Shown piece after piece: positions 37,013-48,951 of a stretch of DNA of 64,000 bases; within the stretch, counting starts at the first letter, position 1, and each line of letters starts with the position of its first letter. Under the pieces are notes generated by a model that saw only the letters and a program-made list of their open reading frames with translations, was not told the DNA's origin and did no database searches. Source of the stretch: Acidobacteriota bacterium (GTDB lineage: Bacteria > Acidobacteriota > Polarisedimenticolia > J045); the NCBI GenBank assembly GCA_030949985.1, contig JAUZRX010000010.1, positions 85,148 through 149,147 of the forward strand, in the 5' to 3' direction. The translations under genes and the position numbers were made by a program.

Positions 37013-39739
37013 GTGACCAGGACCACGGCAGCGTTTTTGTTCGCGGCAGGCCTGGCCCTCGCCTTCGGGCCGGTGGCAGCCCAGGGGGTGCGGGACGACA
37101 TCCTGATCGTCGTCAACGACAATTCGACCGACTCGCCCCTGGTGGGCGAAGACTACGCCCGACAGCGCGACGTGCCGCGCACGAACATCTGCCACGTCCG
37201 CGTCACCGCCGGCTACTTCTTCACCTGGACCGAATTTCTCAACCTTCGCGACCAGATGATCCGCTGCATGCAGGACAACACCTTCGACGATCCCAACCTG
37301 GAGCCGGTGGTCTGCACGGGGACCGACTCGCCTTACTACTGCCAGGAGTCGGTGGACCAGCTCCGGCAGCACTCGAAGATCCGCTACCTGGTGATGACCC
37401 GCGGCGTGCCGACCCGGATGAAGGTCGACAACTCCAACCTGCCCTACAACGGCCCCACCTCGGCGGACAACTACCTGAAGTACTGGATCGTCCGCTATTT
37501 CACCGACGACGTGCCGTTCTCCTTCACCGAGCGACGCCATGCCTTCCTCGATGGCCGCGGGATGCGCACTGTGGATGTTCCCACCGACGGAGAGCTGATC
37601 GTCTCCCGCATCGACGGGCTGGATCTCGACCACGCCAGGGCCCTGGTCGATCGGGCCAAGGCCGCGGAAGCCACCGGCATCTACGGCAAGCTCTATGGCT
37701 CGAAGTACGGCAGCACGGGAGGCCTGGCCCGCTGGTACGACTACCAGAACAACCGCTACGTCTACGGCGACGCGAGTACATCCTGGCGGGTGCAGCTCGG
37801 CCTGGTCGGCGAGGACCGCACGGCCTGCATGGACTACCTCGATCAGCCCGCCTCCTCGGCCGCGGGCAAGGCTCCGGACGACTGCCGGGCTCGTATGACC
37901 TCGGGCAACGACCCGCCCCCGGGCCGCGCCAGCTCCCGCGAACCGAATCCTTTCGATGGCCTGTTCTATCTCGGCTCTCTCGATGGCCAGCCCACCACGG
38001 GATCCTTCAACGAATTCCGCAACTGGCGTAAGGACGACACCTGCACCAACACCCTGTGCCGGGAAGCTGCCGACCCCGCAGCTTGCCAGGCCGCCTCCAC
38101 CGACGTCTTCCGCGAGATCGACACCTCCTGCATGGGCGTGGCGGACGGCTTCTGGGGCTACAACTTCCAGTCCTACCCCGTCTCCTACTTCACCGCCTGG
38201 CCCACGGCCTGGTACCAGAACTCCGGGTCGAGCTTCACCAGCCTGGGCGGAGGCGACATGAACCGGCTGGCCTTCCCCGACGTGCGGGACACCGTCGGCC
38301 GCACCGACAGCTACAGCCTGTGGTTCGGCAACCGGGACGAGGTCGCCGACCCTCTGTGCTACGCGACGAGCGATTTCAGCGGCGCGCCGACCGAGCCCTG
38401 CCCCGACGAAGAACGGATGATGATCAACCAGCGCGTCGTCTTCACCGAGCGGGCCGTGGACACCACCAGCCCCCAGCAGTACCGCATCGGCCTGTGGTAT
38501 CGCAGTGAAGGCATGTCACCGACGCGCAACCTGCGGGTCCAGCTCTGGATCCGGGAGGTCGACGCGGGCAGCGACGCCATCGACTACGGCATCCAGACCC
38601 TCGCCACGGTCGGCGCTACCACCGATTGGACCTACGCCGCAGCGACCTTCACTCTCGATCCCGCGCTTCACACCCGCGGGGATCGACTCTACGACGGCCT
38701 GCGGATCCGCCTCGATACCAACGGTGTCTTCGGTGGCTTTCTGGCCCTCGACGATGTTTCCATCCAGGAGGTGGGAGACCCCACCGAACTGGCCGTCAAC
38801 GGCAGCTTCGACCAGGGCCACGAGCAGGTCAGCGGTGGCGACCACGCCGCCAACTTCCTCTCGCGCCTCAACGGCGCCGCCTTCTTCGGCTCCCTCAGCC
38901 ACCACGAGTCGGGGGGGCACTCCTTCGACAATCACCCCCAGGAGACCCTGCTCTACTTCTTGCGCGGCCTGCCCCTGGGCGACGCCGTATGGTGGGCCGA
39001 GCCCCACAACAGCGGCATCCTCTACGGCGATCCCCTCTACTCGCCGGTGGCCGTACGGCTCGACTACTTCAACGACGACGACCTGGCGATCGACGCTTTC
39101 GTACCGCTCTACGGCAGCGCGATCAATGGCCGCGATCCGGCACAGGTCAACACGACCTACAGCGTGGACGTCTGCCCGGGCAGCGATTTCCACGCTTGCG
39201 ACCTGGACGGGAGCTGGACGCCCACCGGCGTCACCGGTGACAGCGGCTACACCGAGCACCAGTTCCTTGGCACCTGGGACACGTCGGCCCTGGCCCAGGG
39301 GCCCTGGACCCTGCGACTGCGGGTGGAGTCGAGTCAAGTGGGCTCGAGCCGCGTACAGAGTTTCTACGACTACTACCCGGTCACCGTGGGCCTGCCCCTC
39401 GACGAGGTGCAGGACCTGCAGGTGGCAAAGGGCTTCCCCGTGGTGGTCTCCTGGACCAGTCAGGACCCCCTCTACGGGCCGGAAACCCGCTACGACCTGG
39501 TGACCGGACGGGTCGGCACGCTGCTGGCCACCGGCGACTACTCCGCCTCCGAGTGCCTGGCCGAGGACTGGCCCGACACGCCCTTCCAGGACTGGCGCAC
39601 CCCCCCGCCCGCCGGCGATGCCCACTACTACCTGGTGCGCTCCCAGAATGGCGCGGACCGCAGCTCCTTCGGCGACGGGGTGGGCATCGCCCCCGACCCG
39701 CGCAACGACCTGGACCTGGGCGGCGCGCCCTGCCAGTAG
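37013..39739 (+). CDS. Large secreted Cys-rich hypothetical protein (about 908 aa)
   Basis: GTG start with GGAGGG RBS; signal peptide TRTTAAFLFAAGLALAFGPVAAQG. Many paired Cys and beta-rich repeats; no confident family match from sequence alone. Confidence 0.7.
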   Translation: MTRTTAAFLFAAGLALAFGPVAAQGVRDDILIVVNDNSTDSPLVGEDYARQRDVPRTNICHVRVTAGYFFTWTEFLNLRDQMIRCMQDNTFDDPNLEPVVCTGTDSPYYCQESVDQLRQHSKIRYLVMTRGVPTRMKVDNSNLPYNGPTSADNYLKYWIVRYFTDDVPFSFTERRHAFLDGRGMRTVDVPTDGELIVSRIDGLDLDHARALVDRAKAAEATGIYGKLYGSKYGSTGGLARWYDYQNNRYVYGDASTSWRVQLGLVGEDRTACMDYLDQPASSAAGKAPDDCRARMTSGNDPPPGRASSREPNPFDGLFYLGSLDGQPTTGSFNEFRNWRKDDTCTNTLCREAADPAACQAASTDVFREIDTSCMGVADGFWGYNFQSYPVSYFTAWPTAWYQNSGSSFTSLGGGDMNRLAFPDVRDTVGRTDSYSLWFGNRDEVADPLCYATSDFSGAPTEPCPDEERMMINQRVVFTERAVDTTSPQQYRIGLWYRSEGMSPTRNLRVQLWIREVDAGSDAIDYGIQTLATVGATTDWTYAAATFTLDPALHTRGDRLYDGLRIRLDTNGVFGGFLALDDVSIQEVGDPTELAVNGSFDQGHEQVSGGDHAANFLSRLNGAAFFGSLSHHESGGHSFDNHPQETLLYFLRGLPLGDAVWWAEPHNSGILYGDPLYSPVAVRLDYFNDDDLAIDAFVPLYGSAINGRDPAQVNTTYSVDVCPGSDFHACDLDGSWTPTGVTGDSGYTEHQFLGTWDTSALAQGPWTLRLRVESSQVGSSRVQSFYDYYPVTVGLPLDEVQDLQVAKGFPVVVSWTSQDPLYGPETRYDLVTGRVGTLLATGDYSASECLAEDWPDTPFQDWRTPPPAGDAHYYLVRSQNGADRSSFGDGVGIAPDPRNDLDLGGAPCQ

Positions 39740-39846
39740 ACCGCCGGCGACACCGGAACCCGTTCAGGCGCCACCGGAACCATTCGCGCAGGGCCGGGCG
39801 TTCCCGTTCTCCCCCCATGGACCTGGGCCCTGCCGAAGGGGGCGGA

Positions 39847-39875
39847 TTGCAATCATAGTGATATCACATTACTAT
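39847..39875 (+). promoter_or_regulatory. Sigma-70 promoter TTGCAA-N17-TACTAT with embedded perfect palindrome GTGATATCAC (39858-39867)
   Basis: 5/6 and 5/6 matches to -35/-10 consensus with optimal 17-nt spacer. 10-bp dyad centred in the spacer is a likely operator. 40 nt upstream of the SPFH gene start. Confidence 0.5.
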
Positions 39876-39915
39876 CAACCCATGAATCCTCAACCCCATC
39901 GAATGAGGTGCAGCC

Positions 39916-40785
39916 ATGCTCCGTGAAACGATCCGAAACGGTTTGCCCGGTGTTCCCGTCCTCGTCCTGGGCATCATCGCCCTGACCGCCGCCGTCCTCG
40001 GCATGCTCCGGATGATCCTCATCCAGGCCGTCCCCGGCATCATCGCCGGCGGGGTGCTGATCGTCCTCGTGGTCTTCCTGCTGGCGGGACTGTTCATGGT
40101 GGCCCCCAACGAGGGCAAGGTGCTCCAGCTTTTCGGCGACTACCGGGGGACGGCCCGGGAGCCCGGCCTGCGCTGGGCCAACCCGTTCTACGCCAAGAAG
40201 ACGATCTCCCTGCGGGTCCGCAACTTCGAAACCGGCAAGCTGAAGGTCAACGACTCCCGCGGCAACCCGGTGGAGATCGCCGCGATCGTGGTCTGGCGAG
40301 TCGTGGACACCGCCGAGGCCGCCTTCCAGGTCGACGACTACGAGAACTACGTCCGGGTGCAGAGCGAGGCCGCCCTGCGCAACATGGCGACGGGTTACCC
40401 CTACGACGCCCACGAAGAGGGCGAGGTGGCCCTGGCCAGCCACACCGCCGAGATCTCGAGGCGCATCTGCGAGGAGACCCAGGCCCGACTGGAGAAGGCA
40501 GGTGTGCAGATCATCGAAGCCCGGATCAGCCACCTGGCCTACGCGGCGGAAATCGCCTCGGCCATGCTCAGGCGCCAGCAGGCCACCGCCGTGGTGGCCG
40601 CCCGCCAGAAAATCGTCGAAGGCGCAGTGGGTATGGTCGAGCAGGCCCTCGAACTCCTCGCCGAGCGCCATGTCCTCGAACTCGACGAGGAGCGCAAGGC
40701 GGCGATGGTCTCCAACCTCCTCGTAGTGCTCTGCGCTGAGACCGAAGCGCAGCCCGTGGTCAACACCGGGAGCCTCTACACCTAG
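39916..40785 (+). CDS. SPFH/band-7 (stomatin/prohibitin/HflK/C-like) membrane protein
   Basis: N-terminal TM helices followed by an SPFH core (NEGKVLQLFGDYRGTAREPGLRWANPFY..., IEARISHLAYAAEIASAMLRRQQA). Confidence 0.85.
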   Translation: MLRETIRNGLPGVPVLVLGIIALTAAVLGMLRMILIQAVPGIIAGGVLIVLVVFLLAGLFMVAPNEGKVLQLFGDYRGTAREPGLRWANPFYAKKTISLRVRNFETGKLKVNDSRGNPVEIAAIVVWRVVDTAEAAFQVDDYENYVRVQSEAALRNMATGYPYDAHEEGEVALASHTAEISRRICEETQARLEKAGVQIIEARISHLAYAAEIASAMLRRQQATAVVAARQKIVEGAVGMVEQALELLAERHVLELDEERKAAMVSNLLVVLCAETEAQPVVNTGSLYT

Positions 40786-40808
40786 CGCCGGCCGGGAGAC
40801 CTGGAGCC

Positions 40809-41009
40809 ATGGCCACGCGCAAGTCCCTCCTGCTGCGGATCGATCCTCGTCTCCACGAGGCGATCCGCCGCTGGGCGGACGAAGAACTCCGCAGCGTCAA
40901 CGCCCAGATCGAGTTCCTCCTGCGCGACGCCCTGGCTCGCGCCGGACGCCTGCCGAAGCCAAAGGACTCCGCCCCGGGCAAGCCGGCAGGGGACATCGAG
41001 GCGGAGTGA
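40809..41009 (+). CDS. Arc/MetJ-type ribbon-helix-helix DNA-binding protein (66 aa)
   Basis: KSLLLRIDPRLHEAIRRWADEELRSVNAQIEFLLRDAL: beta-strand followed by two helices characteristic of the Arc-like RHH domain. 23 nt after the SPFH gene. Confidence 0.6.
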   Translation: MATRKSLLLRIDPRLHEAIRRWADEELRSVNAQIEFLLRDALARAGRLPKPKDSAPGKPAGDIEAE

Positions 41010-41157
41010 TCCTGGGCCCCGGCAGCCCGACAAATCCGATATCCGCACTCACTTTACTTTTGCGTCTCAAGCTCCCCCCTTCCGCTTCCGATGAGCCTCC
41101 CGTAGGCAGCGGAAGACCCAGGTCTTCCGCCTGGCACCCCGAACGATCGAGGTTCTG

Positions 41158-42426
41158 ATGCCCGAGAGGATCGCCCGACCACGGCCGGCTTCCTGGTTTT
41201 CCGGGGGCGACGTCCGGGCATCCGTCGGCTTACTCGCGCTTGCGCTCTCGCTCACCGCGGCACAGGCGGAGACAGCCCAGCCCGGCCCCACCGTTCCGCG
41301 AAGAATCGAGTCCCTGGAGGCCACTGTCGCCCGACAGCAGGCCCTGATCCACAGCCTGCTCGAACGCATCGAAGCCCTCGAGCGCTCCGCCTGCAAGCCG
41401 GCTCCACCCACCCCGGCGACCGCGCCCACGAGCCCCGAGGCCGCAACCCTGGGCGAAGACAGCCCCCGGGAAGCATGGCCGGACGAGATGGAAATCATCG
41501 ACTCGCGCCTGGCCTTCCTCCCGGATATCTCCGGCTACTTCGACTTCGAATACCGCAACGACAACCGCAAGAACAGCCCCGGGGCCTTTCGACATCACCG
41601 CATGTCGCTTCATCTCTCCAAGGAACTCGACAGTTTCCGCCTCTTCAGTGAACTGGAATTCGAATACGGCCCCGAGTTCTCGGGATCCGGCGACACCGTC
41701 CTCGACGAGGCCCACGGCGCGATCAAGCTCGAACGCGCCTGGGTCGAATGGGTCCAATCCGATCTCTTCACCCTCCGCAGCGGAATCGTCCTGACCCCGG
41801 GTTACTGGAACGTGAACCATTACCCGAACGTGATTCTCTCTACCCGGAACCCACTGCTCGTCCACGAGATCTTCCCCAAGAGCATCACCGGGGTGATGGG
41901 CTATGGCTCGTGGTATCGCCGCCGTTTCGGCCTCCTTTACAACGCCTACATCGGAAACGGCTCCGGCGCTTTCTCCACGAAAAACGATGACAATGAGAGC
42001 AAAGCCGTCGGCGGGCACCTCTCCTTCGACCTGTCGCCGAACCGGGCCATCGACCGCCTCCGCCTGGGGATCAGCGGCTACACGGACAACCCCGCGGAAG
42101 GCCCCCGCACGCGTACCGTCGGCTACGACGCTCAATTCGCCATGGGACGCTTCAGCCTCCTGTCGGAGTACGCCCGCCGTCACTCTGCCGAAAACCGCAG
42201 CGGCCTCTACATCCAACCGAGTTGGCGATTCGACAACCGCTGGGCCACCTACCTGCGGTACGACCGCCTCGACGTCTCAGGATCCGGAAGGAGGACCGAA
42301 TATACCTGGGGACTCAACTTCCGCCCCCAGCCCCTCGTCTCCCTGAAATTCGAGATCTACCGCGCGGAAGTTCCGGACGAACCCGCTTTCTTCGGCATCG
42401 CGCCGTCGGTGGCCATGGCCTTCTAG
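41158..42426 (+). CDS. Outer-membrane beta-barrel porin (phosphate-selective porin O/P-like)
   Basis: Signal peptide, N-terminal coiled-coil segment, then alternating amphipathic beta strands. C-terminal ...VAMAF with terminal Phe typical of OM beta-barrels. Lower GC than flanks. Confidence 0.7.
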   Translation: MPERIARPRPASWFSGGDVRASVGLLALALSLTAAQAETAQPGPTVPRRIESLEATVARQQALIHSLLERIEALERSACKPAPPTPATAPTSPEAATLGEDSPREAWPDEMEIIDSRLAFLPDISGYFDFEYRNDNRKNSPGAFRHHRMSLHLSKELDSFRLFSELEFEYGPEFSGSGDTVLDEAHGAIKLERAWVEWVQSDLFTLRSGIVLTPGYWNVNHYPNVILSTRNPLLVHEIFPKSITGVMGYGSWYRRRFGLLYNAYIGNGSGAFSTKNDDNESKAVGGHLSFDLSPNRAIDRLRLGISGYTDNPAEGPRTRTVGYDAQFAMGRFSLLSEYARRHSAENRSGLYIQPSWRFDNRWATYLRYDRLDVSGSGRRTEYTWGLNFRPQPLVSLKFEIYRAEVPDEPAFFGIAPSVAMAF

Positions 42427-42430
42427 GGCG

Positions 42431-42911
42431 TTGCTCATGCGGACCCGATCGCTCGCCCTCTGCCTGCTCGCCTGCGCCGTCACCGTCGCCACGCCGGCGG
42501 CGCGCGCCGAGGACGACGCATCGACCGGAACCGACGGGCCGGTACGTATCGCGGTGGTGGTCAACCCCCTGAATCCCGTCGACAGTCTCGACCCCGCCCA
42601 ACTCGAACGCATTTTCCTGCGGCAGAAGATCAAGTGGAAAAACGGCTGGATGATCACCGTCTTCGAATGGGCGAGCGACCACCCGATACGCAGGCAGTTC
42701 TCCAGCCTGGTCCTTCGAAAGAGCCCCGAGCGTCTTGCCGAGTACTGGTTGAACCTGAAGCTCACCAGGGGCCTGAAAGGTCCTGCGATCTGCCACAGCA
42801 CAACTCTCCTCAAGAGCTATCTCCGCCGCGTCAAGGGTGGCATCGGCTATCTCTACGAAGCCGATATCGACGCGTCGCTGAAGGTGATCCACCTTCTCGA
42901 GGTGTCCCGCG

Positions 42912-42922
<11 letters not shown>
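42431..42922 (+). CDS. Small periplasmic PstS/PBP-like domain protein
   Basis: 163 aa; signal peptide; phosphate-binding-protein-like segment ([34 protein letters not shown]). Overlaps the start of the downstream hybrid kinase by 11 nt. Confidence 0.6.
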
Positions 42923-45470
<2,548 letters not shown>

Positions 45471-45532
45471 CGGAAAGCGCGGACGATCGACGCAGACGCT
45501 GGCCGGGGCGGACGGCGGGAGAAAATCGTGAA

Positions 45533-48500
45533 TCACGACAGAAGATAGTTCAGATCTTCGGCCGTCAGGCGGCGCAGCAAACCGTCGTCGGCGCGGATGA
45601 TCGACTCGGCCAGTTCGCGCTTGCTGTCCTGCAGGGCGAGCACCTTCTCTTCCACCGAACCGCGTGAGATCAGTCGATAGGCGAAGACCGGCCGGGTCTG
45701 GCCGATACGGTGGGTACGATCGATGGCTTGGGCCTCGACCGCGGGATTCCACCAGGGGTCGAGCAGGAAGACGGACTCCGCCGCCGTCAGGTTGAGGCCC
45801 AGGCCGCCGGCCTTGAGGCTGATCAGAAACACGGGGCAGGACGCGTCTTCCTGAAAGACACGCACTTTCTCTTCCCGTTTGCGGGTTCGCCCATCGAGAT
45901 AGGTGTAACCGACGCCTCGCTCGTCGAGCTGCTTGCGCACCATGGCCAGCAGGGAGGTGAACTGGGAGAAGACCAGCGACTTGTGTCCTTCCGCACTGAG
46001 TTCCTCCAAGCGGGCGAGCAGCACCTCGATCTTGCCTGAGGGCACGTTCCGCCGGGCCCGGTCCACCAGCCCCGGGTGGCAGGCCGCCTGCCGCAGGCGC
46101 AGCAGGGCCTCGAGGACTTGAATCTTCGAGCGCTCGAGGCCCCTGGTCTCGATACGGCCGGCCAGGGAGTTGCGGTAATACGCCGCCAGCTCGTCGTAGA
46201 GGCTCTGCTGGCGCCCGGACATCTCGCAGTAGATCGTCTGCTCCCGCCGGGGAGGCAATTCCCGCGCCACCTGCTCCTTGGTGCGGCGCAGGATGAACGG
46301 CGCGATGGCCCGGCGGAGGGTCTCTCGATCGCCCTCGTCACCGTCGCCGCTCCCGGAAACCCAGGCGCGAAAGGCGGAGCTGGCTCCGAGCATGCCGGGA
46401 TTGAGAAACTCGAACAGGCTCCACAGCTCGCCGAGGTGGTTTTCGATGGGAGTTCCCGAGAGAGCCAGGCGATGATCGGCCTGGAGCAGGCGGGCGGCCT
46501 TGGCGGACGCGGTGTGAGGGTTCTTGATCGCCTGGGCCTCGTCGAGAATCGCCATCTCGAAACGCAGATCCTTGAGCCAGGGGATGTCCCGCCTCAAGGT
46601 ACCGTAGGTGGTGAGCACCAGGTGCGCGCCGGCCAGATCGCCGGGAGACCGCCCTCGATCGGGGCCCGTATGCTCGAGCACCTTCAGCCGGGGGGCGAAG
46701 CGCGCCGCCTCCTGCTTCCAGTTGAAGATCAGCGTGCGGGGCACCACCACCAGGGAAGGACGCCGGGCCCCGCGGCCGCGGGCCGTACGCAGCTTCTCCA
46801 GCAGGGCCAGCACCTGGACCGTCTTGCCCAGGCCCATGTCGTCGGCCAGGCACCCCCCGAAACCGAAGTGCTGCAGGAAGAGCATCCAGCCCAGCCCCTC
46901 GCGCTGGTAGTCACGCAACTCCCCCTCGAAGGTCCGCGGTTCGGGATGGGGTGGGATACCCGCAAAACGACGCAGCCGTCGGCGGGCCTGGTCGAAGACG
47001 CGATCCACCTCGACCCGGGGCTGGGCCGCCAGCAGCGCGTCGAGCAGAGCCACCTGGGTGCGGGAAAAACGCAGGATCTCCCCTTCGACCCGGCCCAAGC
47101 CGACCAGAGGCCGCCACTGCTCGAGCCACTGGCTCGGCAGGATGCCGTAGCTGCCATCGCCGAGGCGCACGGCGGGACTGCCTTCGGCGAGGGCCGCGAT
47201 GAGAGCCGGCAGGCTGGCGGACTGATCATCGAATTCCACCTCACCCCGCACCTCGAACCAGTCGATTCCCGAAGACACCCGCAGGGAGCCGTTGCCCGCA
47301 TGGCGATATCGCTTGCCCTGGGCTTCGACCAGCCACCTCTCCTCGAGCAGGGCGGCGATCATCGGCGCCAGCAGGCGATCGTCCACGGTGCCGGTGCCCA
47401 CGCCGCGCTCCTGATCGACCATCGGCCGGTAACCCAGTGTCGCCAGGCGCCGCAGAGCCCGGCGCTCCGCCGCCGGGTCGCGCATCAGGATCTGCCGGGA
47501 ACCGGGCAAGGGCACTTCCCGGCCGGGCGTTCCGGCCAGGATCGGCCGGTCGCCATACTCGAAAAAGACCTGCAAAGGCACCGACAGGCGCTTGCGCCGC
47601 GATTCGAGCGGGGCGCGCACGGACAGCCGCGGATGCATCGACACGCTGCGTTTCTCCCAGGCCAGGTCTTCGGGCAGGGCCACCGGGGGGCGCCCCGGTC
47701 TGCCGACCAATTCCCGGGTGAAGCATGCCACCTCTTCCTCGGGTATCACCGGCATGCCGCTACCGGTGATCATGGCCACCAACCAGAGCTGGGCGGCATG
47801 ATCCTCGTAGCGGGCGATGGCATCGTCCAGCAGCAGCAAACCGTCACGGAAGAGCAGGCCGATACTCTCCGGATCGCGACGCTGGTCATCCCGGACCAGC
47901 GTTCCGCCGATCTCGGCGCCGCCGCCTTCCCGCCTCCTGACTTCGACATGGAATTCCCATGGCGGCCCCGCATCCCAGCTCAGGGGCTCTCCCACCTCTC
48001 CCCGATCGCCGTCGAGCAGGCGCAGCCGTCCGGTGGCGCACAGGGCTTCGAGCACATCGGGGACCGCCGTTTCTCCGACCAGCCACATTTCCGGCACGGC
48101 GTCGGAGTCCGGTTGGCCCATGAACCAGCGCTTGCCGGGCTCGACACTCAACCCGCCACCCCAGAGAAGGGTGAGTGCCCGGCGATCGGCCCGGGGCAGC
48201 TTCGACAGGTGGCTTCGCTGCAAGATGGCGGGCCTGAGCTTGCCCCAACGCCCACCCTTGAGTTGCCGGCGGAGACGCAGATGCACCTTCACGTCGCCGG
48301 CCAGCCGCTGGCCCGGCTCCCGGTCGAGCAGATAGACCAGTTCTTCCCGAGCCGGTGGCACGACCACCTCGGCGTCGACCACCGGCAAGCCGTCGGCGGG
48401 CTCCGGCTCGAGCTCGGCGAGGGCCTGTTGCCAGGTTCGCTCGGGCCCGCTCCGCGTGTCCTCTCCGAGGGAGAACAGACGAGCCCCCCGGGGAGGATAG

Positions 48501-48832
48501 ACATCGGCGGGACCGGCGACCTGCACCTTGCAACCGTCGCGCAGACGCTCCAGCGCCGCCCCGCTTTCTCCCTCCCGCAGGAGAGCCCAGGCATGCTTGC
48601 ACAGCCTGCCCGACAGACCATAGGGACACTCGCAACTGACCAGAAGCCGGTTTCCGCCGGCGAGGCAACGCAACCCGACCATGTACCCGCGTCCCCCGCT
48701 GCCCTCGACGACGCCCAACAGCCCCTGCTCCCAACCTCGGGCCTCGACGACCCGGCCCGCGCACAGGTAGTGCTCGCCGCGATGCCGGATCACCGCTGGA
48801 AAGGCCCCCTCGACTCGCTCCGACGGCAGCAC
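45533..48832 (-). CDS. SNF2-family helicase with N-terminal SWIM zinc finger
   Basis: SWIM CxCx9CxH (SCECPYGLSGRLCKHAWA); SNF2_N (LRDYQREGLGWMLFLQHFGFGGCLADDMGLGKTVQ, DEAQAIKN); Helicase_C (FLISLKAGGLGLNLTAAESVFLLDPWWNPAVEAQAIDRTHRIGQ). Confidence 0.85.
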   Translation of the reverse strand: MLPSERVEGAFPAVIRHRGEHYLCAGRVVEARGWEQGLLGVVEGSGGRGYMVGLRCLAGGNRLLVSCECPYGLSGRLCKHAWALLREGESGAALERLRDGCKVQVAGPADVYPPRGARLFSLGEDTRSGPERTWQQALAELEPEPADGLPVVDAEVVVPPAREELVYLLDREPGQRLAGDVKVHLRLRRQLKGGRWGKLRPAILQRSHLSKLPRADRRALTLLWGGGLSVEPGKRWFMGQPDSDAVPEMWLVGETAVPDVLEALCATGRLRLLDGDRGEVGEPLSWDAGPPWEFHVEVRRREGGGAEIGGTLVRDDQRRDPESIGLLFRDGLLLLDDAIARYEDHAAQLWLVAMITGSGMPVIPEEEVACFTRELVGRPGRPPVALPEDLAWEKRSVSMHPRLSVRAPLESRRKRLSVPLQVFFEYGDRPILAGTPGREVPLPGSRQILMRDPAAERRALRRLATLGYRPMVDQERGVGTGTVDDRLLAPMIAALLEERWLVEAQGKRYRHAGNGSLRVSSGIDWFEVRGEVEFDDQSASLPALIAALAEGSPAVRLGDGSYGILPSQWLEQWRPLVGLGRVEGEILRFSRTQVALLDALLAAQPRVEVDRVFDQARRRLRRFAGIPPHPEPRTFEGELRDYQREGLGWMLFLQHFGFGGCLADDMGLGKTVQVLALLEKLRTARGRGARRPSLVVVPRTLIFNWKQEAARFAPRLKVLEHTGPDRGRSPGDLAGAHLVLTTYGTLRRDIPWLKDLRFEMAILDEAQAIKNPHTASAKAARLLQADHRLALSGTPIENHLGELWSLFEFLNPGMLGASSAFRAWVSGSGDGDEGDRETLRRAIAPFILRRTKEQVARELPPRREQTIYCEMSGRQQSLYDELAAYYRNSLAGRIETRGLERSKIQVLEALLRLRQAACHPGLVDRARRNVPSGKIEVLLARLEELSAEGHKSLVFSQFTSLLAMVRKQLDERGVGYTYLDGRTRKREEKVRVFQEDASCPVFLISLKAGGLGLNLTAAESVFLLDPWWNPAVEAQAIDRTHRIGQTRPVFAYRLISRGSVEEKVLALQDSKRELAESIIRADDGLLRRLTAEDLNYLLS

Positions 48833-48951
48833 GCCTCGCTCCCTTTTCCACCTTGCCGCAGCCCCACCCGGGGCGGCCGGTCGTCAAACCTAACCTCGCG
48901 TCCGAGCCGGACCGAAGGAAGCGGGAGCGACACCTTCCCGGACCTGCAAAC

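Noticed and set aside
41079-41135. Hairpins and TGGCAC motif upstream of the porin gene as a sigma-54 promoter
   Set aside because: TGGCAC is present but no GC dinucleotide at the -12 position (ACGAT), so not a credible -24/-12 promoter; hairpin CTTCCGCT...AGCGGAAG noted only as possible RNA structure.
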